From Giardia intestinalis (Eukaryota): a stretch of 64,000 bases of DNA. Position numbers and translations under genes: made by a program. Each line of letters starts with the position of its first letter. Positions within the stretch are counted from its first letter, which is position 1. Under the pieces are notes generated by a model, which worked only from the letters and a program-made list of their open reading frames with translations, was not told the DNA's origin and ran no database searches. The stretch lies in NCBI GenBank assembly GCA_000002435.2, contig CM018793.1; one strand, 5' to 3'. Shown one piece after another: positions 58,701 through 64,000 of the stretch.

Positions 58701-61524
58701 TGGCTCCATACGCCGTGGCGATGATCTGAAGAGAGCCCTCGCGTAGGCTGAGTGGGGCAGCATCAGATATGACGTCATCGATATAGCGTAGCATCGCTCC
58801 AGAGGATAGGCAATAATCTGATAGAGTTGTCCTCACCTTTTCATTCAGGACGTCCTCGAAGAGGATCTGCTTGATGAAGAGACGGGCCAAAAGAGATATT
58901 CGGCGGCAATCAAGCAAGGTAAGCGAAACATAGTCCACAAACCCTTCGCCGAGTGCTAGGAAAAGCTCTGCTCGGCCAGGAGGATGGGGAAGCTGGTTTC
59001 CTGCTCGCTCGGCCCTGCGCACACTGTCAGCAAACCATTGCTGGCCCAAGTGACTCCTGAATAGGATAATGTCATCAAGGATACCGCAAATAGGAAGCAG
59101 CATGAGAGGCTCCTTTTTGCAATGCTTATGAAGATTGCTCGCAACCTGGCAGACCAGCTTTAAGATTGGGCCTTCCGATGCCATGAGATCGGCCCTGTTT
59201 TCCTTCTCCATTTCGAACCGCGACTTGCTGAACGTTATTCCCTGTGTGTACGTAGTTGGCAAGCTATTAGTATCGTAGGCACGCTTTATATCCGCGAGGC
59301 TCTTGCCAGAGATAAGAGATATCTCTGCTCTATTGATAAACGACGACGCCATTAGGGCCACTCCTTCCGACGCATCCACGTTTTCTAAAGAAGTTGATTG
59401 GAACGCTTTTCCCAAAGTCTTTTCGCTGCGATCGTGATGGATTGGCTTAGAGCTCTTGCAAGAGAGGTCAGGAATCATGAGGTCATTGTTAATGGAATAG
59501 ACGCTAGAAAATCCTGAATACGAATGTGTTCCCTGCTCAGACAGGACGCGCCACTGGTATGTTAGTGTGGCTCGGACAGCCGTTAGAATCATGCACAAGC
59601 CAAGAGGAGTAAACCTGTTGCCGCTAAATATCTCAGGAAGGTCTGAGAAAAGAAAGCTGTGGCAATCTTGCACAGCTGCACGACAAAGTGTTCTGCTTTG
59701 TAGCAAAAGAACGAGAAAATCTAGCAGGATGCAAAGCGCAACTGTAAGGTCGGACGGCTGTGCCTTGGCCTCTTTGCTTATAAATGCTAAAATCTTCCCG
59801 GCACACGTCAAGTACCCCTTATTCTTGCCGTCATAAGGAAGCGTGCGCGGATGTGCTCCCGTCAGAAACGCCAGATCCTCTAGTAGCGAAGCCAGAACAA
59901 CGTTGTCAATCTGCAAGACTTCACTGGAGGTAGTCTTTGATACCACGTTATGTAGTTGTGCAGCAAAGTAGTCCATGCTTACCGGAACAGCAGGCATTCC
60001 AAGAGGTATTGCTCGATGTAAGCGATAGAACCGCATTCTTACTGGAAGGCAAAGGCTTTGCACGAAATCCAAAAGCTGAAGGAGGAAGCAGAGCCTAGCG
60101 TCATCTGAGGAGAAGGTGTAAAAGAGTGACTCCCCTATGTATAGTTTTAGCTCAAGGGTAGATCCCTGCAGGTTAGACTGATTACCTGGGTCGTTACCAC
60201 TCGGAGGTACAGACTCATGATTGCTTCCATGGAAAACGGGGCTTTTGAGCCCAAGAAATATCTCCGTCCCTTGCTCGACGGGGTCGTCTACAAGCCGCTT
60301 GAATGCCTGTCTGAAATTGCCTTTGTACCGGATAGAGCTAGGGTCTAGTACTATTGTATCTATCTGGGCAATAGGTACTGCACGGATAATATTAGAGTCT
60401 ACTCTCTCAATGATCCAGCCCTGGTGTAGGAGTAGAGATATATCCCTGTAGTGACAGAGGTTAATCTTCCCCGTCAGGTAATTACCAAACAGGCCCTTCT
60501 TGAGGTGATCCTGCCGCAGTTCATGCCAAGAGAGCGCATGAGTTGGCGCAAGCTTCTGTTTCTGCTTCTCCTCTCCATCTTCCTTCTTACTAACATCTGG
60601 CCCCTCACGAGTAGCCTGCAAATTACTATCCTTTGGGTCCGTGGCCTCCTTCTCTTCAATCGTTCTCTTTGACTCTAGAGCTGGGGGCGGTGGTGGCGGT
60701 AAAAGTGGAGATGAAGCAGGCTGGGCAGCTCTCATAGAGGACGGTGCATCTAGAGGCAGAGAAAAGAGCGAAAAAGTGTCTTGTTCAGTATAATGAGTTG
60801 TCAGAATCTCAGCTGTGGCCAAAACCCTGGAGGTCTGGAAGACACTTGAGGGCGGCTTTTCCCGAAGACCAGATAGTGCAAATTCTTCATAGGGAATGAC
60901 CTTCAGTTTGACAAAGTTATCGCGTCGTAAAGTATTCGTCCCCGATACAATGTTACTAGCAAAGGCTTTCGCGGCATCGTGCGTTGCGAACTCAAGTCTA
61001 GTAGGGTAGAAAGGCATTTCTTGGTCCATAAAAAAGCACGTGGACACGTATCCTGGGCCATCGCTTACTAGGGCAAGAACGACAGAAGTTATCGCCTCGG
61101 GACGAAGAACGAGCACGTAAGATCTGGCCTGCTTCAGTCGAATAAGCGCAAGAGTCTTCTTGAAAAAGCAGAGCTCTATCTCCTCGCCACTTACTAAGTC
61201 CTTTGCCGGAAGCCAGGTCGCTTTAGACTCCGGCAAGCCTTTGTTAGCCCCTAAGAGGAGGTCTGCAGTCACTGCTGCGCGGAGGCTGAGATGGCCCGCG
61301 GGCATGCAGGTGACGTGCAGTTTGTCTGTGAGCAAAATGATATTGGGGTTTTTCGGGCTGGTGAGTGTGTCTGGAGACCAGTCCCTCCATGGCTCCAAAA
61401 TTGAAATCCCCTGATTGTCAAAGATGTGTACCCCGTCTGGCCGCGTCTCCAGAATGGCTGGCCGTGTCTTGTACCCCTTGGGGGCATCTACTGGGTACCT
61501 TATCCGGTACTCAAAGGGGAGCAT
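52789..61524 (-). CDS. giant hypothetical protein (about 2911 aa)
   Basis: Uninterrupted 8.7-kb ORF. The track start is GTG at 61545; first ATG is at 61522-61524. Mostly predicted helical-repeat character (Leu-rich, periodic amphipathic stretches), with a proline run LLPPPPPPALE. No catalytic motif found. Confidence 0.8.
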   Translation of the reverse strand: MLPFEYRIRYPVDAPKGYKTRPAILETRPDGVHIFDNQGISILEPWRDWSPDTLTSPKNPNIILLTDKLHVTCMPAGHLSLRAAVTADLLLGANKGLPESKATWLPAKDLVSGEEIELCFFKKTLALIRLKQARSYVLVLRPEAITSVVLALVSDGPGYVSTCFFMDQEMPFYPTRLEFATHDAAKAFASNIVSGTNTLRRDNFVKLKVIPYEEFALSGLREKPPSSVFQTSRVLATAEILTTHYTEQDTFSLFSLPLDAPSSMRAAQPASSPLLPPPPPPALESKRTIEEKEATDPKDSNLQATREGPDVSKKEDGEEKQKQKLAPTHALSWHELRQDHLKKGLFGNYLTGKINLCHYRDISLLLHQGWIIERVDSNIIRAVPIAQIDTIVLDPSSIRYKGNFRQAFKRLVDDPVEQGTEIFLGLKSPVFHGSNHESVPPSGNDPGNQSNLQGSTLELKLYIGESLFYTFSSDDARLCFLLQLLDFVQSLCLPVRMRFYRLHRAIPLGMPAVPVSMDYFAAQLHNVVSKTTSSEVLQIDNVVLASLLEDLAFLTGAHPRTLPYDGKNKGYLTCAGKILAFISKEAKAQPSDLTVALCILLDFLVLLLQSRTLCRAAVQDCHSFLFSDLPEIFSGNRFTPLGLCMILTAVRATLTYQWRVLSEQGTHSYSGFSSVYSINNDLMIPDLSCKSSKPIHHDRSEKTLGKAFQSTSLENVDASEGVALMASSFINRAEISLISGKSLADIKRAYDTNSLPTTYTQGITFSKSRFEMEKENRADLMASEGPILKLVCQVASNLHKHCKKEPLMLLPICGILDDIILFRSHLGQQWFADSVRRAERAGNQLPHPPGRAELFLALGEGFVDYVSLTLLDCRRISLLARLFIKQILFEDVLNEKVRTTLSDYCLSSGAMLRYIDDVISDAAPLSLREGSLQIIATAYGANATVRSLVHAVFPMPFLSSILSSQLSSMSLQSYKAGSKSTSNLLSGKACFHLGTATHLSYVREHGPSYVLLPFPGPLEKWKDLLNLLPTKSYSFDIVWDESVRANLSMLLIQELTLLYAEAEKHISSMPHDALRKVLVTNRPVLGTMLSWNVDAFHVDLRGKSLFPLTSFDVQFNGYYLSYVLWHYISLKMHEECVSGRYFQQELLSTLTLDVKTGSRESVGTGEAIKATNLDTLVSSYFSHFILLRDNDRSIRAALIFAITLILINSSSRFTQLMELATETIRLLTVADYGLAGLCLSLIEVAASQLAAKYADAASTGLHYYLASYILPLISCNKEKNLCLSVDPETILAAHTYGSLIHISLRVILGCLQSQAMTDKVGRILIPVPRYKKTLSSRAFLPIFANLLLETQAPSTSSAFLEKERFDLVCYKTGSDVASAVHSSPAEVAIIQKIFTQTCELLRELCKRDSEIAQSMVECGVIHFLLSNTHGLEPNSYAVLLLQELYQSCSRTVGGESLASNSVALCVKSLLPEPLALLLLSSKRASDAAETFTSYETFKINVVWTHEMRHYLYSALYSWQQPLRAALLSVDEHHRISYLRFFGEYTQGPWCCVPHIHNIEFSKQTGEPVGCYLYNSSTRMSSQLDLPSISSYPCIREIEASLAGGIYTSLLRSISRTATNVALSITDLISFLQTLLSLSVGELNALYNHMSEEVTRDCQLDRDAEATPVTHHIHSCSTLPPLLRLETEGLHEMTSLCCIRAIDLLKVGLDRTEEMRATESKLRKELQSASAKIDRVGMTSIDSAFLQHPDLINQNRMSETDLLRRLSILLILLVRALGDGLLAFSTYVKNGAFRPSYPIFHQYMAVCLQVSQMKLGDIIMGGNSLLDDGWAGEAFSSVCVRTLSMSLRFLNTQLRMFVATCADLVSALIPTVLFSSQSSNGVQDGVTGTLVYLYMAITALKTIECKCRFLKGPTPSLDQVLGRLVGSLYTPSNISYVNPHVDLDSLITNASNQSYLRTLIVVSVIHYYLEAIRTHVDVALAPQIMIYIFTGTILSVTEFADVLSQLLGLTCGISSVFSDNIRRFIRIFGTSYVDSVATGGIEAPRLLTIMKGSYYGPRFAFDADYRDRVILYFGHLLRGYQSQQDKTHCVCTLEEMLDIAEREFTELAKYPARLLISGYHINNILGMMVELNLSKGQVNIGTPLQTLSFLSKGSSETLSASQYVCDMLHTLEAIYACASSSRDFNLITAFYQYVGSLIPLHAMLSTVFYVAYTDSHLYTQIQEPTRTSLLKMLCYIGFTIIESQEQLLLSELVLAFLIHVLSIEDPTIFLPVIAPYLPAILKGALDESITDSATFAYMRHYSESGGGLSMLDSFSIHDPATLNTVKQNLLQVPWASELYPRPVLCALILKMVLFINPDAAASSAIHVHLLRFLLQNASRMTDQDAKGVPPVLLLTIEICGFLLRAQNPVLMGLLPPPLVLSLAEHDHVSFSKILLTTEISSPEFYWSAHCTNELISLCSSFLSSFQGSGSELVKSPPAVSYLSIPTLQRAINNKAYIGGVYLDAYLAACAGGPEDTIAVSNPSIAIKAFCAEVASILSVSRNARSLDHNSLIFISKCLQALSHLAKAPAEILVLLRSVDFSKLLKLLLSNANLSFGIGVDTQAALAMEQSIIRLLERVTPYIDEDISRGYSPDITVSILGMLMEYYNYVLGDSSGLSVIHDHGEQLFAVLSHIHTTDLVDAVGTYVTFCLTLLWHSPASRLRIFRTLFATCAATSADVYGVRLIYTISLHGRSINLSKAMRRAMIAVLAGFFVQSVDVLAEFRDSMCLEDHGHAWLTLCANDLELHIGHGDYDPTKMIATNMQGAFPLPSVTIGDVCNVKARLPESSSQPPDPEELHRWIRGGFTEPMRGLLVSIDMERVVRQITPLSISRPELKHDYHARRYCMGYQMSYLRVVEHTVWKEVNEKLASFLA

Positions 61525-61707
61525 CTGGGAAATTTCTTTACACACGAACCTACAAAAAACCTTTGATCTGATGACTTTGGTCCTAGGCTAAGAGGTGTGG
61601 AACGGATTCGATTGGTCTTCACTGCACAAGAGGTTCTCACGCACAGATTGGTGTTCATCCAAGGTGCGTACGAATTTCGACCGCTAAAAAACCAGAAAAG
61701 CTAGTGC

Positions 61708-62745
61708 ATGTCTCTAGATTTTACCGGCATCTTCCACCAGCTCCTTGGAACCGAGAAGCCGGAAGACGTCAGGGTATCTCCGTCTCCCATGCATAATGCT
61801 TTCTCTACTGCCCGTAGAGAAGTCCTTTCCTTGCGAGATATAATTGTTCAAAACTCGAGCAGCTATACCGCCACGACTCTCTCTTCCAACACACGTTCCG
61901 TGGAAGGCATGCCATTTACTGATGAAGAGTGTGCTTTATTTGATGCACGAATTCTGACCATTTTCACTCATATAAATAGTCTTGTGGGGAATATCCTCAA
62001 AGAACTCAAGACATATGCAGCCAAAGATTCCACTGGCGATGAATTTGATGCAGAAGAGAATGCTCTGGAAGTTCTAGAGCGCCAGCTCCGACGAGACAAT
62101 AGCAAAAATGCGATCCAGTACTTTGAGGGCGTCGGCAACGTCCTTCTTGCTCAGGTTACGCAGATATTTGAAGACTATGGTTCTCTCCGCGCCAAGCGCC
62201 GTGCTGTGGTATCATCAGACTATCTCCGTGAGCGGTCGCAACGGCATGTTTATGCGCTGAATATGCAGAGAGATCCTTCGACGAGCACGCCTGCTGTATC
62301 TAATGCCACACAAGAGGGGTCTGGGCGTGAGGGGGCACCCGTGGACCATGCTAAAGGATTGACAGGCATATGGGCAACAGTCCATGCAATGAATGACGAG
62401 GATCATGCTCCACAGGTAAGTCAGAGCCACATGGGCACCACTAAGGTGCAGGCCACTAGGCGGATCTTGCCGTCTCTCATGGAAGAGCTAGACATTGTCC
62501 GGCGCACAGAACAAACAGCCCATGAAATTCAGTCTCTGAACGCTCTTTTTGCTGAAAAGGTCATCGAGCAATCTGAACAAATCGATAGAATATATGCAGT
62601 CACTTTCGAAACGTCAGGAACGCTGGACAACGCTAACAAGTACCTTAAGAAGGCCGCTAAGCGGCTCCGAAGCAGCACAAAAATAACCATAGTCCTCATG
62701 TGCCTTGCAATTTTCTGCCTGCTCTTTCTAGATTATATCAACTGA
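61708..62745 (+). CDS. Qa-SNARE (syntaxin-like), tail-anchored
   Basis: The C-terminal SNARE heptads IQSLNALFAEKVIEQSEQIDRIYAVTFETSGTLDNANKYLKKAAKRL carry the central Gln (QSEQIDRI). They are followed directly by a single TM anchor ITIVLMCLAIFCLLFLDYIN at the extreme C-terminus. Confidence 0.75.
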   Translation: MSLDFTGIFHQLLGTEKPEDVRVSPSPMHNAFSTARREVLSLRDIIVQNSSSYTATTLSSNTRSVEGMPFTDEECALFDARILTIFTHINSLVGNILKELKTYAAKDSTGDEFDAEENALEVLERQLRRDNSKNAIQYFEGVGNVLLAQVTQIFEDYGSLRAKRRAVVSSDYLRERSQRHVYALNMQRDPSTSTPAVSNATQEGSGREGAPVDHAKGLTGIWATVHAMNDEDHAPQVSQSHMGTTKVQATRRILPSLMEELDIVRRTEQTAHEIQSLNALFAEKVIEQSEQIDRIYAVTFETSGTLDNANKYLKKAAKRLRSSTKITIVLMCLAIFCLLFLDYIN

Positions 62746-62871
62746 TTCCTAGCCCTCTGATGATTGATGGCGATTGATGGTCATCTCTTCTTCAACTGGT
62801 GACGCCTCGCGAGTTCGCTGGCGCGTAAATTTCCTGTGTCAATCTGCCCTTCTCTTTGGTTTTGCATTAAA

Positions 62872-64000
62872 ATGCCTCCTGTCACCCACGCGATAATTCT
62901 GGCTGATACCTATTCGTCGTTCTTGGATCCGATCGTCCGTGACACCCCTGCCCTTCTACTGAAGATAGGAGGGGTCTACCTGCTTGATATCTTAATTCAT
63001 CGTCTCTGCACTAGCGGGATCGACTCTATTACTATCGTTGCGTACAACTATGCTTCAACCATTCAGAGATACGTGGACGAGGACTGTCACTGGTCCCCTA
63101 AACTCAGAAACGTGGCTACACACTCTATTTTGAAAGACACTCTGTTTGATGCCGCCCAGCCCCTGGTCCCTAACACAGTTTCCATCAGAGTGCTGCAGTC
63201 CAGCGATAGAAGCATTTATGCCTGTCTCAAGAAGGTTTTCGGAGATTCGCCGGATATTAAGAAATCATATGAAGGCCAGCTGGGGACCATCTCCCAATTC
63301 CTCCTCATAGATGGCCCGGCATTCACTAATCTTAACTTTGCCAAGGCCTTTGACTACCATGTAGCCTTGACAAATCTGCATTCAGGTGACAATACAGATT
63401 ACCTCCTGACAGCTATCCTCTCCATGCATACAGAGACCTCCTCTCTGAGGCCGCTCATTGCCCCCTCGATAATTATCAGAGACCCGGAAACATGTGAGCT
63501 AAAGAGCCTTATTGTAGACGTGGCTAATAGCTCTGCCCAGATTGACCTGGAGCTCCCGTTTGAAGACAAGTGCCACATGAATATTAGTTCAAATCTTTAT
63601 CTCACAGGATTTTATATTGTCAATCTTAACTTCATAAAGTTCTTCGTTACTAATGAGACATTTGAAGACACAGAATCAATGCATACCTTCCTGTCATCTG
63701 CACTGGATAGCAAAAGCGACTACTCAATTAAGATGGGCACGTATCTCCTAGAAAAATGTGAATCCGGTATAACCATAGACAGCCCGAGGCTCTACCAGGA
63801 GCTAAATAAGGCATATATTAAGGGGTACTTCAGACCTTACTCTCCTGAGACAAATTGGATCTACTACAAAGGGACTAAGACGCAGTTTAGAAGTGTCCTG
63901 GACTGGGTCTCCACGGGCGCAACGCAGCTGCAATCGTGTGGCACACTGTACTGTGACGAATCAACCTCTATTCCCCCCAACACCATAATAGGTGGGGACT
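62872..64000 (+). CDS. eIF2B gamma/epsilon-like nucleotidyltransferase-fold protein (3' end outside window)
   Basis: The N-terminus AIILADTYSSFLDPIVRDTPALLLKIGGVYLLDILIHRLCTSGIDSITIVAY parallels eIF2B-epsilon [39 protein letters not shown] and lacks the GxGTRL motif of true sugar-nucleotide pyrophosphorylases. The ORF runs off the window end. Confidence 0.55.
   Translation, partial: MPPVTHAIILADTYSSFLDPIVRDTPALLLKIGGVYLLDILIHRLCTSGIDSITIVAYNYASTIQRYVDEDCHWSPKLRNVATHSILKDTLFDAAQPLVPNTVSIRVLQSSDRSIYACLKKVFGDSPDIKKSYEGQLGTISQFLLIDGPAFTNLNFAKAFDYHVALTNLHSGDNTDYLLTAILSMHTETSSLRPLIAPSIIIRDPETCELKSLIVDVANSSAQIDLELPFEDKCHMNISSNLYLTGFYIVNLNFIKFFVTNETFEDTESMHTFLSSALDSKSDYSIKMGTYLLEKCESGITIDSPRLYQELNKAYIKGYFRPYSPETNWIYYKGTKTQFRSVLDWVSTGATQLQSCGTLYCDESTSIPPNTIIGGD

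Noticed and set aside
1-64000. Prokaryotic reading of the window (operons, RBS, defence systems, CRISPR)
   Set aside because: Gene products are eukaryote-specific (tubulin, epsin ENTH, NECAP, Sec7, eIF2 alpha, proteasome beta7, syntaxin). Genes alternate strands without RBS-like spacing. There are no CRISPR repeats, integrase, transposase or restriction-modification signatures.

Overview
The window reads as a compact, intron-less eukaryotic chromosome segment of diplomonad (Giardia-like) character. It is about 50% GC, genes sit on both strands with intergenic spacers often only 5-70 nt, start codons follow short AT-rich initiator-like stretches, and an alpha-tubulin gene is strongly GC3-biased. 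It is not prokaryotic: there are no operon or RBS signatures, and the products (tubulin, epsin ENTH, Sec7 ARF-GEF, NECAP, eIF2 alpha, proteasome beta) are eukaryotic. I call 27 protein-coding genes plus one ankyrin pseudogene remnant.

Recognisable products are a Protein 21.1-type ankyrin/coiled-coil protein, a polytopic transporter, a SHAQKYF-class Myb-like protein, an NF-YB/NC2beta histone-fold protein, and a 2367-aa Sec7 ARF-GEF. They also include an ENTH/epsin protein, an NHL-repeat protein, a multi-zinc-finger protein, eIF2 alpha, a PHP-domain HIS2/HisJ-like histidinol phosphatase, a NECAP (PHear) protein, a proteasome beta7-type subunit, alpha-tubulin, a CCP/Nna1-type M14 carboxypeptidase, a Qa-SNARE syntaxin and a 3'-partial eIF2B gamma/epsilon-like gene. 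Four very large ORFs (1060, 1847, 2480 and 2911 aa) have no domain I can recognise by eye and are probably lineage-specific. Several ORF-track starts are non-ATG (TTG/GTG), and I trimmed those genes to the first in-frame ATG.

I found no bacterial-style defence island, mobile element or CRISPR array. The points I would look at again are:
- an ORF desert holding a decayed ankyrin gene;
- a clathrin/AP-associated trafficking gene neighbourhood;
- alpha-tubulin sitting 5.6 kb from a putative tubulin-modifying carboxypeptidase;
- a PHP histidinol-phosphatase-like gene in a lineage expected to lack histidine synthesis;
- intergenic spacers quantised at 44-46 nt;
- the giant orphan proteins.
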